A program made the translations under genes and the position numbers. A stretch of 64,000 nucleotides of DNA from a virus (taxonomy: Duplodnaviria; Caudoviricetes): positions 20,959-84,958 of IMG/VR virus record IMGVR_UViG_2847060657_000007, one strand, 5' to 3'. How positions within the stretch are numbered: position 1 is the first letter of the stretch; the number at the start of each line of letters is the position of its first letter. The notes under the pieces were generated by a model. It saw nothing but the letters and a program-made list of their open reading frames with translations. It was not told the origin of the DNA and searched no databases. This document shows positions 1 through 10,572 of this stretch, one piece after another.

Positions 1-586
1 CACCCAAGGCGATGGCTGGTACAAAGGCATACATCTCATCTTCTTTGAGTTTGCCATAACTGGCAAGACAGCGGTTAAAGAGAGGGGTGTGGTGGATGTC
101 GGTTAAATCATAGGATTTTTCACCTCCAATCTCCCTAATAGCACCATTAACCTCTACAACTATGTTAATGGCGTGTTGTCTTTGCGTTAGTTGGCGATTG
201 TCTTCAATAGCTGGAAAAATACGAATATAATCCAAGACAATGGTTAAATGAGACCTGGTGTACCTACCCATTACCTTCAACTCCCCAAACGCCGTTCTAC
301 CCAGCACATACCAATCATCGTGGGCATAAAACGGCGTGGGTTTTAAAATCTCATCCAGCAGGTCAGCATAATCATCAGGATTCACAAGCCAAAATCCGCC
401 ATCATCAAAACAAGCAAAGCCGATTTGTTCCCAAAGATACCATAAAGGTCTTGGAAAAAAATCACCATAGGTCTTGATAAAGGCTTGGGTGGGTTTGGCA
501 CCTGTTTCTATTTTGATGTTTTGTGATTGCCAGTACTTCAAGTACTCATCAACTTTTTGCTTAGCATCTAATTCTAAGTCCTGCAT
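1..586 (-). CDS. GAD-like/DUF1851 T6SS nuclease immunity protein (Tdi-type), runs off left edge
   Basis: Not in ORF track. ATG at 586 with GAGG RBS; manual translation MQDLELDAKQ...FACFDDGGFWLVNPDDY...LFNRCLASYGKLKEDEMYAFVPAIALG, typical of GAD-like and DUF1851 motifs. Confidence 0.85.
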   Translation of the reverse strand, partial: MQDLELDAKQKVDEYLKYWQSQNIKIETGAKPTQAFIKTYGDFFPRPLWYLWEQIGFACFDDGGFWLVNPDDYADLLDEILKPTPFYAHDDWYVLGRTAFGELKVMGRYTRSHLTIVLDYIRIFPAIEDNRQLTQRQHAINIVVEVNGAIREIGGEKSYDLTDIHHTPLFNRCLASYGKLKEDEMYAFVPAIALG

Positions 587-678
587 TATTTACACCTCTC
601 TAATTTAACATTCATACGAGTGTTGGCTCGCTCACTTTCAGGAATTGCTTTGATGGCTTCATCAATAGCACCCACTCG
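586..678 (-). pseudogene. C-terminal remnant of an Ntox15/Tde-like DNase toxin
   Basis: Reads RVGAIDEAIKAIPESERANTRMNVKLERCK-stop; the stop overlaps the immunity ATG (TAATG); upstream sequence is unrelated and has stops. Confidence 0.6.
604..655. repeat. 52-bp direct repeat, copy 1 (identical to 16880-16931)
   Basis: TTTAACATTCATACGAGTGTTGGCTCGCTCACTTTCAGGAATTGCTTTGATG present at both sites. Confidence 0.95.
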
Positions 679-841
679 GGTACGCTCTCTGTCCGATGGG
701 TCTATTGTAGCATCATCAGGCACATTTTTCCACAGCTAGCAAACAACGGTTGCACATTTCGCTATTTTTTTCAATTTCGTGGACTGTTTTTTATCGGTGT
801 AATTTTAGGATTTTTATCCCACTCATTAAAAATACGATACT

Positions 842-1450
842 TTAAGAGTAATGCCAGCCAATTTTTTCTTTTGCATGCAATGTGAAGCTTGCCCCCGACA
901 AAAAGTTTTCTATTGCAGGTTGCAGAAAAGGATATTTGGTTGCCAAAACTTTATACCTAGCTCTCAACTCAGAACTCCAATAATAAGAACCGGTTGGCAT
1001 AAATGCAAAACCATTCGCCACACAATCATATATGTATCTCTCTATTGTTTTTTTAAAATTATCTTTATTAACATCTAATTTTTCCAATAGATTCTCCAAA
1101 AAATCTATTTGATTTTTTGGAGGAATTTTGCATGATACTGCTAATGCAATATCAAGCTGTTCTTGAGAAAATGACTTTTTTTCAAAAAATTCTAATATAG
1201 ATTTTTTATAATAAATAGGGTTCTCATAAATACTTGCATAAAGTGTATCTGTATTCAGATTGGTGTAGTGTGAACTAACCTCATTCTCTAGAGCCAAATA
1301 AGAAATTTGATTTGCAAAAAAATCCTCAACCATTCTTGTTGTATAGACATCATTTTGCTCTTTAAAAGAAATTAAAGGGTAAATTAGAATTGCAAACAAT
1401 AAATATATACACATCAATGTTACAAAAATCAATATTTTACCTTTGAACAT
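842..1450 (-). CDS. Putative membrane-anchored immunity protein for the upstream amidase
   Basis: ORF 842-1510; likely start ATG 1450 after AGGAGG; N-terminal hydrophobic helix; overlaps the effector stop. Confidence 0.65.
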   Translation of the reverse strand: MFKGKILIFVTLMCIYLLFAILIYPLISFKEQNDVYTTRMVEDFFANQISYLALENEVSSHYTNLNTDTLYASIYENPIYYKKSILEFFEKKSFSQEQLDIALAVSCKIPPKNQIDFLENLLEKLDVNKDNFKKTIERYIYDCVANGFAFMPTGSYYWSSELRARYKVLATKYPFLQPAIENFLSGASFTLHAKEKIGWHYS

Positions 1451-2411
1451 TTTTATGCCTCCTAAATGCATCAAATACATGTTTGTCTGAATCCCTAAAT
1501 CCAGCGTCATTAACTAAAATTTTATGTTCGCCAGCAGAGATGGTTACCCCTTCCGTAATTACGAAACCAGTGTGTCCTGTGGCGTTGCTATAATTAGCCT
1601 TATACGAACCTATGTCTCCAGGTTTGGGGGCGCTAAAATAATCCCATCTCGCAGTTAATTTTGTTTTGTCAGCCCAATCCGATGCAAGAGGTGGACCATA
1701 CTTGGATGTATAGCCTGGAATATATTGACCCACTCCTCTTTCTAACCATGGGGGTGCAAACTCAGGAGCAGTTAATATCAAAATATCATTAACAAACTGA
1801 CTGCACTTCCATGCTCCAGCTGGAACAAGATAAGTATTATTGCCTTGTAATGTGGGGTGCACTGAAGTTTTGCTAACACCCTTAGCCCAAATTGTACTAT
1901 TTCTATATTTTAAAGCTGTATCCAAAATTCTTTTGGGAATATCATTTAAATAGACAGTAACATTAGCCTCACTGTCTTGCTTCTGATTATTTATAATAGT
2001 TCTTTTTATGTAGGTTATCTGATATAAACCCTCATCTACCGTAAATATTAAATCTTCTTTTGAGCGATCTGGTGTCAAAGGAAGATTTATTCTTAACCAA
2101 GAACTTGTTATCTTATAAATGTTGTTTTTATTTAATATGACAGGTTGTTTTTCACCAATCTGTTTATACTGAATAGTATTTCTTGCTCGATTGGTATCAG
2201 TTATGATGTAAAAGGTAATATAAAGCTCACCATTTTCTCTAATTCTTCCAGGACCAATAGGTATTTGTATAATACCGTTTCTATCAGAAGTGCCAAGCTT
2301 TAATTTTTCCTTAGTAATTGCTGCTTCACCTGAAAATTCACAGAAGAATTCTAGGTTGTTGATTGGATTATTTAGTCTGTCATGAAATATACATTTAATT
2401 TTTGTAGACAT
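1437..2411 (-). CDS. VgrG-linked peptidoglycan amidase effector (NlpC/P60/CHAP-like C-terminus)
   Basis: Likely start 2411 (GAGGA RBS); WKCSQFV...PGDI...TGHTGFV Cys/His pattern; directly downstream of vgrG1. Confidence 0.7.
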   Translation of the reverse strand: MSTKIKCIFHDRLNNPINNLEFFCEFSGEAAITKEKLKLGTSDRNGIIQIPIGPGRIRENGELYITFYIITDTNRARNTIQYKQIGEKQPVILNKNNIYKITSSWLRINLPLTPDRSKEDLIFTVDEGLYQITYIKRTIINNQKQDSEANVTVYLNDIPKRILDTALKYRNSTIWAKGVSKTSVHPTLQGNNTYLVPAGAWKCSQFVNDILILTAPEFAPPWLERGVGQYIPGYTSKYGPPLASDWADKTKLTARWDYFSAPKPGDIGSYKANYSNATGHTGFVITEGVTISAGEHKILVNDAGFRDSDKHVFDAFRRHKNVQR

Positions 2412-2415
2412 ATTA

Positions 2416-5259
2416 TCATTCCTCCTCGTCTGAAACAATATGAATAATACTCCATCCTTGACCTTCATCTCCTACATAAGCATAAATAGCCTCATCACTG
2501 TCTTGCCTATATATTGCGGTCAAACCATCTGAATTGGCAGAACCTTTTAGGATTAATACACCTTCTTCTGAATGAATCCTGTAATCTTTGCTTATAAATG
2601 CTTTTTCGGTGTTATTATCAAGGATTTTCATTGCAACATGATACCCATTTTTCATGGGTAAATTATCAGGCAAGCATACCTGCCTAGAAATAACCCTCTC
2701 ACCCCCCTCCATCACCTTCTCATTACTCTTGACTTGAAACACCCCAGGTGTTGTGATAAACACGCCTTGTTCGTTCATTTTAAACTCAGAACCACAGATG
2801 TTGATGGATAATTGAGTGGGGCTTGTGATTTGGATTTTACCTTCTGTTGAGATAATCTCTATGTTGTCTTTGGCGATGTGTTTGATTTGACCATCTTGAG
2901 CTTGTAGTTCTATGTCGTCTTTGGCGGTGTAGTGCTTAATGCCTCCTGTTTGGACAAAGACTCTGATGCCGTTTTGGACGGTTAGGTTATATTTTGAGGT
3001 GGTGGCAAGGCTTAGGTCTTTGTTTGTGGTGATGGCAAGGTTGTTGTCGGTGGTGATGTGAATGTTTTGTTTGGCAGTCAGACTCATGCCCGCCAGTGAG
3101 GCAAGGGCAATATGTGGGTTTGATAGCTCTGGATGACTTAGGGTGTCATCTGAGTCGTCATCATGGTGATTGGCATGGTCTACACCCTCCCCTGTCATGC
3201 TTGTGTTAAGCTCATCTAAGGTGGGCATGAGCGTGTCATCCAAGGCTCGCTCTTCGCATTGTGCTTGGATGCTACTTTGTATGAGTGATGAGTGGGTGCT
3301 TGTGGCATTCTGTAGCTGAGCTGTGGTCTCTTTAATGTCTTTGATGTGACTTGTGGCATGTGGCCTCCCATGCGTGGTAATCACCATGCCTTTATCTGCT
3401 CTTATCACCCCATGTCCATCAGTTCTTACCTCAAAGCCCTCGCCTCGGTATTCACCTCGTCCTTGGGGGGTGGTAAGACGTCTGATGTGTCCTAGGTTAA
3501 TCTCGGTGTGTAGGTGGTCGGATTTTAGGTGGGTTTGGAGTTTGTCTTTAGTGTCATCCATGATGAGTTGGTTGGATTTGTCTCCCCCATACTCTTTGGA
3601 GCGGATGCCAGAGAGGACTTTTTCATGAGGGAGGGTGTATAGAGGCATGTTGTTTGGATTGGTCAAAGAGCCTGCCACATAGGGCATGTCAGGATTGCCT
3701 CCAAAGAAGTCAATGATGACCTCTTGGCCTGCTCTGGGCAGTGCAATGTGCCCATAGTGATCTCCTGCCCAGGTACTGGCGACACGAAGATAGCAGGTGT
3801 TTATCTGACTTAGGTCATCTTTGTCATCACCGGTGCGATTGTCTACAAGGTGTCTTTGGGCGAGTGTGGGTTTGTCCCAGTGGAACTTAACTTTGATGCG
3901 ACCGTATTGGTCGGTGTGTATCTCTTCACCTTCTTGGGCGACGACAGTGGCGGTTTGGGTGCGGGCAGGGGGTCTTGGGCAGGGGGTTGTGGGTACAAGC
4001 GGATGTGTGGCAGGGTATGCAGTAAAGCTTGTATCAGCGGTGTAGTACTGATGGGTGTTGTTGTCTTCATCGATGGGTTTGATGCTCATCTGTAAGGCGT
4101 AGACGACCCAGTCGGTATTCATGCTTTGATGAGGGTGACCTGTTAGGGTAAATAAGTGGGCAACCTGTATGCCCTTTAGTCTGCCATGTGCGGTGGCACT
4201 TAGGCTTTGATGCCGATAAGCGGCGGTGAGCTGTTCGTTTTTTGTGGCTAGCTCATCACCCCCTGCTCGTCTGCCTTGATGCCATTCATAGCGTTGTAGG
4301 TGATGGATGAGTGCTTGATGTGGTTTGTGTGTGTCAGTTTGCACCCCTTTTATGGTATCATGAGCCATTAGGGGTTCATTAGGGGCTTTAAACTGATAAT
4401 CAGATAAGAGACTTTGGGCACAGGTCAGTCTGCTTTTGGGGGTAAAGTGTTCTAGGTATTCAGCATACGCTGGCATACGCTGATTGGGCAGGTTGAGTGT
4501 TAGGGTGTCATAAAAGGGATTGGCGTGTCTTTTTAGGTGACTGACATGGTCGGTGATGATTAGGGTGTGATTGTCTTTGGTGTGTTCAAAGTAAAAGCTG
4601 ATGCCATGCTCACTCATAAGGCGAGTGATGAATGCGTGGTCTGATTCGTCATATTGGGTTTGGTAGTCTTGTTTAGGATAGTCATGGGTGAGTTCAAACT
4701 GCCAAGGATAAGGGTAGCAGGATAACACCTCTTCGATGATTTGTGGGATGGATTTGTGTTGGTGGATGTGATAGTTATTTGTTTTGGTGAGTAGGTAAGT
4801 CCATGGAGATAAGGTGAGTTCATAGACGGCATGCCTGTTGTGTGTGGTGAGTTTGGCACAGCCGGTGATGATGCCATGTCTTGTGACTTGTCCTGTGATG
4901 GTCCTATCATCGATGGGGTGTTTGTCATTTAAGTCAAGGGATATGCCTAAGGGCGTGCCGATGAGGGCGGTTAGGTCTAAGTGAGAGGCGACGCTTTGGT
5001 AGGAGATGGTGTCTTGGTGGGGGGTAGCCTCTTTGGGGTGGATGATACTGCCATGATAAGCTTCAAAACTGACATAACCTTCTAGTCCCTCTATACCATG
5101 GGCAGGGTTGCCATGTTCGTCTTTGGCTTTGACGATGAGTTTGTATTCAAACAGTCCGTTGATACTCTCTACCCCTTGTAAGCTGTCGAACCATAGATAA
5201 GGAGTGCCAGATACACTTTTGGGCAGATAAACAGAGTGTAGATGAGCACGATGGTTCAT
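2416..5259 (-). CDS. vgrG: Type VI secretion spike VgrG, copy 1 (DUF2345 plus variable tip)
   Basis: GRIKVKFHWD, LRVASTWAG...PRAGQEVIIDFFGGNPDMP gp5-OB motifs; DUF2345-like C-terminal region. Confidence 0.95.
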   Translation of the reverse strand: MNHRAHLHSVYLPKSVSGTPYLWFDSLQGVESINGLFEYKLIVKAKDEHGNPAHGIEGLEGYVSFEAYHGSIIHPKEATPHQDTISYQSVASHLDLTALIGTPLGISLDLNDKHPIDDRTITGQVTRHGIITGCAKLTTHNRHAVYELTLSPWTYLLTKTNNYHIHQHKSIPQIIEEVLSCYPYPWQFELTHDYPKQDYQTQYDESDHAFITRLMSEHGISFYFEHTKDNHTLIITDHVSHLKRHANPFYDTLTLNLPNQRMPAYAEYLEHFTPKSRLTCAQSLLSDYQFKAPNEPLMAHDTIKGVQTDTHKPHQALIHHLQRYEWHQGRRAGGDELATKNEQLTAAYRHQSLSATAHGRLKGIQVAHLFTLTGHPHQSMNTDWVVYALQMSIKPIDEDNNTHQYYTADTSFTAYPATHPLVPTTPCPRPPARTQTATVVAQEGEEIHTDQYGRIKVKFHWDKPTLAQRHLVDNRTGDDKDDLSQINTCYLRVASTWAGDHYGHIALPRAGQEVIIDFFGGNPDMPYVAGSLTNPNNMPLYTLPHEKVLSGIRSKEYGGDKSNQLIMDDTKDKLQTHLKSDHLHTEINLGHIRRLTTPQGRGEYRGEGFEVRTDGHGVIRADKGMVITTHGRPHATSHIKDIKETTAQLQNATSTHSSLIQSSIQAQCEERALDDTLMPTLDELNTSMTGEGVDHANHHDDDSDDTLSHPELSNPHIALASLAGMSLTAKQNIHITTDNNLAITTNKDLSLATTSKYNLTVQNGIRVFVQTGGIKHYTAKDDIELQAQDGQIKHIAKDNIEIISTEGKIQITSPTQLSINICGSEFKMNEQGVFITTPGVFQVKSNEKVMEGGERVISRQVCLPDNLPMKNGYHVAMKILDNNTEKAFISKDYRIHSEEGVLILKGSANSDGLTAIYRQDSDEAIYAYVGDEGQGWSIIHIVSDEEE

Positions 5260-5405
5260 GGGGGTATCTCCTTATGGGCAAGATGTCATGTGTGTGATGT
5301 GTGTGGTATATATTTCTGGGCTGTGTTGAACAGGCATGCAGGGTTAATGAGAATGATTTAGGAGTGATTGGATTTTAGCATGGGGGGTGGGAGGGGTCAA
5401 GGGGG
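2693..5405. repeat. 2.7-kb promoter+vgrG core repeat, copy 1
   Basis: Matches 8006-10718 (offset 5313) and 13753-16459 (offset 11055); one synonymous difference noticed (G3781 vs A9094/A14836). Confidence 0.95.
5372..5400 (-). promoter_or_regulatory. sigma70-type promoter of vgrG (also at 10685-10713 and 16427-16455)
   Basis: Minus strand TTGACC-17 bp (CCTCCCACCCCCCATGC)-TAAAAT with extended TG. Confidence 0.7.
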
Positions 5406-5510
5406 TGAAAAAATTTGCTTGATTGTTGGAAAAGACAGTTGATGAAAAGCGTCCAAACAGGAACGCTTTTCAAATTTAAGAAAATAAAATCAAAAGGTTT
5501 TGTATTACAA

Positions 5511-6806
5511 TTATAACACTTCCACCAAAGTCCAAGTAATTTCCATCGCCTCCACAGTACGCCAGTTTGCATCCATATGAATGAAATAAGGGGCAATGTC
5601 ACCTTTTTTAAGGACGACATATTGGCGGTAGTCAATGAGTTGTCCGTCATATTCGTTGATATTGTGGTATCTAAACTGACCACGATTATAATCATACTCG
5701 TCTAAATAAATATAACGCCCATCTTGCTGACAAACTTCCCCTGTCTTGACAGCAATCACATCGCCTGTTTCTGACTTAATAGGCTCTGCGGTAATGTCAG
5801 GTTTGCTTTTTTGGGGGAAAGCTCGCCATAAATTAGGATTATCAAAGCGTCTTAGCCATAGGTCAGTGAAGTAGGCGTTAAAGGTTTGGTAGCCGATACC
5901 ACCGTCATATTCGTTCATTCCCCCCAAAGAACCATAATGTCCATTTCGCATCGGACGACAAATGTCATTAACATCCAAATAACTTTGTGGAATAGGCTCA
6001 TCAACTGGTAACAGCTGTGGCACTTCATCGGCAATCAAGAGTACGCCATTATCGTATAATTTATGCTCCACTGACTTGGTAATTACTTGTTCTAACAATT
6101 TACCTCTACCACCAATACGCTCTGCCAAATCATCACTGATATAAGTCCACCAGTCAATGCCACGAATGCCGTGGTGCATAGCAACAGCATCCCAAGTACG
6201 AATTGGATTAATACCAAAAAATTTTTTACATTGATTTAAGAAATCTAGCCCATATTCCTTTTCGTAACCAATCGCCGTTCCCCAACCCATATAAGCAAAA
6301 TAAGGATTGAGTTTATAGACACAGTAGTTAAACAAATTGATGATATGACCGTGTTTATCTAGGTCAAAAAAATCTGCCCTATCCACCCGAAATCTAAGCT
6401 GGCTAATATTTTCAAGTTGCCAGTCTCGTTCAGTCAGACAAAACAGCTCATAAGGCACCGCTTCTTGCATGAGCTTATGGTTGCCTGCTGACACAAACCA
6501 TTCAATAACATCGTCTGGGTCTTTGCGTTCTTCTAGGATTTCGTTAAAGCTCGGTAATTTATCAAAGGGTTTTTCTGTCCATCTGCGGTTCTTGGAATTA
6601 AACCCCCAAGTGATATGCTCGCCAAAGAGTGCCATATACTGACTGATACAATCTCTTAAATGCTCTCGTGTTTCTTGTAGGTGTCCATCTCTAAAAAATA
6701 AACAAGCGGTCAGATGTACATCATTAACGGTTACTTCTTTGCCGTCTATGATGTCATAGTAATGAAAGTCTTCTTTGTATTCGTTCATGTCGTTTAGGGT
6801 TTTCAT
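5511..6806 (-). CDS. DUF3396 (TsiV-like) immunity protein
   Basis: Likely start 6806 (GGAG RBS); GIRGIDWWTYI and DLWLRRFD motifs; follows a VRR-NUC toxin. Confidence 0.8.
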   Translation of the reverse strand: MKTLNDMNEYKEDFHYYDIIDGKEVTVNDVHLTACLFFRDGHLQETREHLRDCISQYMALFGEHITWGFNSKNRRWTEKPFDKLPSFNEILEERKDPDDVIEWFVSAGNHKLMQEAVPYELFCLTERDWQLENISQLRFRVDRADFFDLDKHGHIINLFNYCVYKLNPYFAYMGWGTAIGYEKEYGLDFLNQCKKFFGINPIRTWDAVAMHHGIRGIDWWTYISDDLAERIGGRGKLLEQVITKSVEHKLYDNGVLLIADEVPQLLPVDEPIPQSYLDVNDICRPMRNGHYGSLGGMNEYDGGIGYQTFNAYFTDLWLRRFDNPNLWRAFPQKSKPDITAEPIKSETGDVIAVKTGEVCQQDGRYIYLDEYDYNRGQFRYHNINEYDGQLIDYRQYVVLKKGDIAPYFIHMDANWRTVEAMEITWTLVEVL

Positions 6807-6833
6807 GGGTTTCTCCAAAAAAAGAAAGGGGTG

Positions 6834-7754
6834 CTAGTGTGAACCTGCATAGGTAAGACCTGCTCCTAATACCACAAAGCCCGTTGCTGGCGTGCCACCG
6901 ATAGAAACCACGATGGCTACCGTCACAACTGCCGCACCAAAAGCAATTTGAGCAATGGTAGGCTTACTTATAAATTTAGGCAAAGGAACATTGTTAGTAT
7001 AGGTATTTTGTACACTTGCGTAACGAGGTGTTAAAAACAATGAGTTAAAATCTGTTCGCAGTCTAATAGCTGTGATATATTCTGCATAGGGTCGTGTTCT
7101 GGGGTCAATTTTACGAACACCGCAATGACAATCAACTTCTTTAAGCTCTCTAAATTTATTGGGACCTGCAATTATTTCGTAAGCTTCCCTTTGCTCATCA
7201 CTCAACTTATCCCCCTCAAACTTAATTTCTACAACTGTATCAATATTTTCTTGTGTGGGAATAAATTGCTTTAAATCCGCTTGACTGCCTTTGCCTTCTG
7301 CAAATTTTTTAACCAAGTTGGCAACCTCTGTATCACTAACTTTTAGGATAATACAATCAGGAATTCTAAGGTTGCCTTTAATACCCACTCCCTCCTCTAT
7401 TTCTCTGATGGCAGCCCCCAAAGGGAAACGGCTAGGGCGTAATCCCTCTCCCGCCTTATTGCTCATCAAGGGTGTTGGTGGCTCTCGGTTCATCAAATAG
7501 CCTACTTCCGCCTTAAATCGCCATAGATTTAGGTGAAAATCCTCATCCTTCCAAATATTTTCTGTACAAGCTCTTTGCTTTAATGAGTAGCCTGCTAGAC
7601 TTACTTTTGGAAACTCTTTTGCAATACAAATATGCGTACACAGATAAGTTTTATCATTACCCTCACCAAGCTGAACAATAACGCCTTGCTTTTGTTTTGT
7701 CGGTTTTGTGATAGATGCCTTGGTTCTTGGCGTTGCTCCACTACTTCTCCCCAC
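6834..7754 (-). CDS. VRR-NUC (TseV-like) nuclease effector
   Basis: FKAEVGY...RIPDCIILK...VVEIKFEGDKLSDEQREAY PD-(D/E)xK pattern; overlaps vgrG2 stop. Confidence 0.85.
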   Translation of the reverse strand: MGRSSGATPRTKASITKPTKQKQGVIVQLGEGNDKTYLCTHICIAKEFPKVSLAGYSLKQRACTENIWKDEDFHLNLWRFKAEVGYLMNREPPTPLMSNKAGEGLRPSRFPLGAAIREIEEGVGIKGNLRIPDCIILKVSDTEVANLVKKFAEGKGSQADLKQFIPTQENIDTVVEIKFEGDKLSDEQREAYEIIAGPNKFRELKEVDCHCGVRKIDPRTRPYAEYITAIRLRTDFNSLFLTPRYASVQNTYTNNVPLPKFISKPTIAQIAFGAAVVTVAIVVSIGGTPATGFVVLGAGLTYAGSH

Positions 7755-10572
7755 GGTAGGTCTCTCCAGTCATTTGATGATACGGCATAGTATCGTCAGC
7801 ATATTCCAAAATGTCAAGCATTATTTGCTCAGGTCGCATTGTGTAAACGGTCTGAGTTTTACCCCCATCGTCGGTTACACCTTTTATTTTTTGACCGTCT
7901 GATGTAGTGATAAGGTAGGGTTGATTTGGTATCGGATTACCCTTATTGTCTTGAATAATAAAAAATTCTGAATGTGGTTTTGGCAGGGTTGGGATTTTTA
8001 AGCTCACCCTCTCACCCCCCTCCATCACCTTCTCATTACTCTTGACTTGAAACACCCCAGGTGTTGTGATAAACACGCCTTGTTCGTTCATTTTAAACTC
8101 AGAACCACAGATGTTGATGGATAATTGAGTGGGGCTTGTGATTTGGATTTTACCTTCTGTTGAGATAATCTCTATGTTGTCTTTGGCGATGTGTTTGATT
8201 TGACCATCTTGAGCTTGTAGTTCTATGTCGTCTTTGGCGGTGTAGTGCTTAATGCCTCCTGTTTGGACAAAGACTCTGATGCCGTTTTGGACGGTTAGGT
8301 TATATTTTGAGGTGGTGGCAAGGCTTAGGTCTTTGTTTGTGGTGATGGCAAGGTTGTTGTCGGTGGTGATGTGAATGTTTTGTTTGGCAGTCAGACTCAT
8401 GCCCGCCAGTGAGGCAAGGGCAATATGTGGGTTTGATAGCTCTGGATGACTTAGGGTGTCATCTGAGTCGTCATCATGGTGATTGGCATGGTCTACACCC
8501 TCCCCTGTCATGCTTGTGTTAAGCTCATCTAAGGTGGGCATGAGCGTGTCATCCAAGGCTCGCTCTTCGCATTGTGCTTGGATGCTACTTTGTATGAGTG
8601 ATGAGTGGGTGCTTGTGGCATTCTGTAGCTGAGCTGTGGTCTCTTTAATGTCTTTGATGTGACTTGTGGCATGTGGCCTCCCATGCGTGGTAATCACCAT
8701 GCCTTTATCTGCTCTTATCACCCCATGTCCATCAGTTCTTACCTCAAAGCCCTCGCCTCGGTATTCACCTCGTCCTTGGGGGGTGGTAAGACGTCTGATG
8801 TGTCCTAGGTTAATCTCGGTGTGTAGGTGGTCGGATTTTAGGTGGGTTTGGAGTTTGTCTTTAGTGTCATCCATGATGAGTTGGTTGGATTTGTCTCCCC
8901 CATACTCTTTGGAGCGGATGCCAGAGAGGACTTTTTCATGAGGGAGGGTGTATAGAGGCATGTTGTTTGGATTGGTCAAAGAGCCTGCCACATAGGGCAT
9001 GTCAGGATTGCCTCCAAAGAAGTCAATGATGACCTCTTGGCCTGCTCTGGGCAGTGCAATGTGCCCATAGTGATCTCCTGCCCAGGTACTGGCAACACGA
9101 AGATAGCAGGTGTTTATCTGACTTAGGTCATCTTTGTCATCACCGGTGCGATTGTCTACAAGGTGTCTTTGGGCGAGTGTGGGTTTGTCCCAGTGGAACT
9201 TAACTTTGATGCGACCGTATTGGTCGGTGTGTATCTCTTCACCTTCTTGGGCGACGACAGTGGCGGTTTGGGTGCGGGCAGGGGGTCTTGGGCAGGGGGT
9301 TGTGGGTACAAGCGGATGTGTGGCAGGGTATGCAGTAAAGCTTGTATCAGCGGTGTAGTACTGATGGGTGTTGTTGTCTTCATCGATGGGTTTGATGCTC
9401 ATCTGTAAGGCGTAGACGACCCAGTCGGTATTCATGCTTTGATGAGGGTGACCTGTTAGGGTAAATAAGTGGGCAACCTGTATGCCCTTTAGTCTGCCAT
9501 GTGCGGTGGCACTTAGGCTTTGATGCCGATAAGCGGCGGTGAGCTGTTCGTTTTTTGTGGCTAGCTCATCACCCCCTGCTCGTCTGCCTTGATGCCATTC
9601 ATAGCGTTGTAGGTGATGGATGAGTGCTTGATGTGGTTTGTGTGTGTCAGTTTGCACCCCTTTTATGGTATCATGAGCCATTAGGGGTTCATTAGGGGCT
9701 TTAAACTGATAATCAGATAAGAGACTTTGGGCACAGGTCAGTCTGCTTTTGGGGGTAAAGTGTTCTAGGTATTCAGCATACGCTGGCATACGCTGATTGG
9801 GCAGGTTGAGTGTTAGGGTGTCATAAAAGGGATTGGCGTGTCTTTTTAGGTGACTGACATGGTCGGTGATGATTAGGGTGTGATTGTCTTTGGTGTGTTC
9901 AAAGTAAAAGCTGATGCCATGCTCACTCATAAGGCGAGTGATGAATGCGTGGTCTGATTCGTCATATTGGGTTTGGTAGTCTTGTTTAGGATAGTCATGG
10001 GTGAGTTCAAACTGCCAAGGATAAGGGTAGCAGGATAACACCTCTTCGATGATTTGTGGGATGGATTTGTGTTGGTGGATGTGATAGTTATTTGTTTTGG
10101 TGAGTAGGTAAGTCCATGGAGATAAGGTGAGTTCATAGACGGCATGCCTGTTGTGTGTGGTGAGTTTGGCACAGCCGGTGATGATGCCATGTCTTGTGAC
10201 TTGTCCTGTGATGGTCCTATCATCGATGGGGTGTTTGTCATTTAAGTCAAGGGATATGCCTAAGGGCGTGCCGATGAGGGCGGTTAGGTCTAAGTGAGAG
10301 GCGACGCTTTGGTAGGAGATGGTGTCTTGGTGGGGGGTAGCCTCTTTGGGGTGGATGATACTGCCATGATAAGCTTCAAAACTGACATAACCTTCTAGTC
10401 CCTCTATACCATGGGCAGGGTTGCCATGTTCGTCTTTGGCTTTGACGATGAGTTTGTATTCAAACAGTCCGTTGATACTCTCTACCCCTTGTAAGCTGTC
10501 GAACCATAGATAAGGAGTGCCAGATACACTTTTGGGCAGATAAACAGAGTGTAGATGAGCACGATGGTTCAT
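7741..10572 (-). CDS. vgrG: Type VI secretion spike VgrG, copy 2
   Basis: Identical protein to copy 1 up to KVMEGGE, then a different tip. Confidence 0.95.
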   Translation of the reverse strand: MNHRAHLHSVYLPKSVSGTPYLWFDSLQGVESINGLFEYKLIVKAKDEHGNPAHGIEGLEGYVSFEAYHGSIIHPKEATPHQDTISYQSVASHLDLTALIGTPLGISLDLNDKHPIDDRTITGQVTRHGIITGCAKLTTHNRHAVYELTLSPWTYLLTKTNNYHIHQHKSIPQIIEEVLSCYPYPWQFELTHDYPKQDYQTQYDESDHAFITRLMSEHGISFYFEHTKDNHTLIITDHVSHLKRHANPFYDTLTLNLPNQRMPAYAEYLEHFTPKSRLTCAQSLLSDYQFKAPNEPLMAHDTIKGVQTDTHKPHQALIHHLQRYEWHQGRRAGGDELATKNEQLTAAYRHQSLSATAHGRLKGIQVAHLFTLTGHPHQSMNTDWVVYALQMSIKPIDEDNNTHQYYTADTSFTAYPATHPLVPTTPCPRPPARTQTATVVAQEGEEIHTDQYGRIKVKFHWDKPTLAQRHLVDNRTGDDKDDLSQINTCYLRVASTWAGDHYGHIALPRAGQEVIIDFFGGNPDMPYVAGSLTNPNNMPLYTLPHEKVLSGIRSKEYGGDKSNQLIMDDTKDKLQTHLKSDHLHTEINLGHIRRLTTPQGRGEYRGEGFEVRTDGHGVIRADKGMVITTHGRPHATSHIKDIKETTAQLQNATSTHSSLIQSSIQAQCEERALDDTLMPTLDELNTSMTGEGVDHANHHDDDSDDTLSHPELSNPHIALASLAGMSLTAKQNIHITTDNNLAITTNKDLSLATTSKYNLTVQNGIRVFVQTGGIKHYTAKDDIELQAQDGQIKHIAKDNIEIISTEGKIQITSPTQLSINICGSEFKMNEQGVFITTPGVFQVKSNEKVMEGGERVSLKIPTLPKPHSEFFIIQDNKGNPIPNQPYLITTSDGQKIKGVTDDGGKTQTVYTMRPEQIMLDILEYADDTMPYHQMTGETYRGEK

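Noticed and set aside
3353-4928. Short ORFs inside vgrG (and their copies in repeats 2 and 3)
   Set aside because: Antisense or alternate-frame shadows of vgrG, repeated only because the DNA is repeated.
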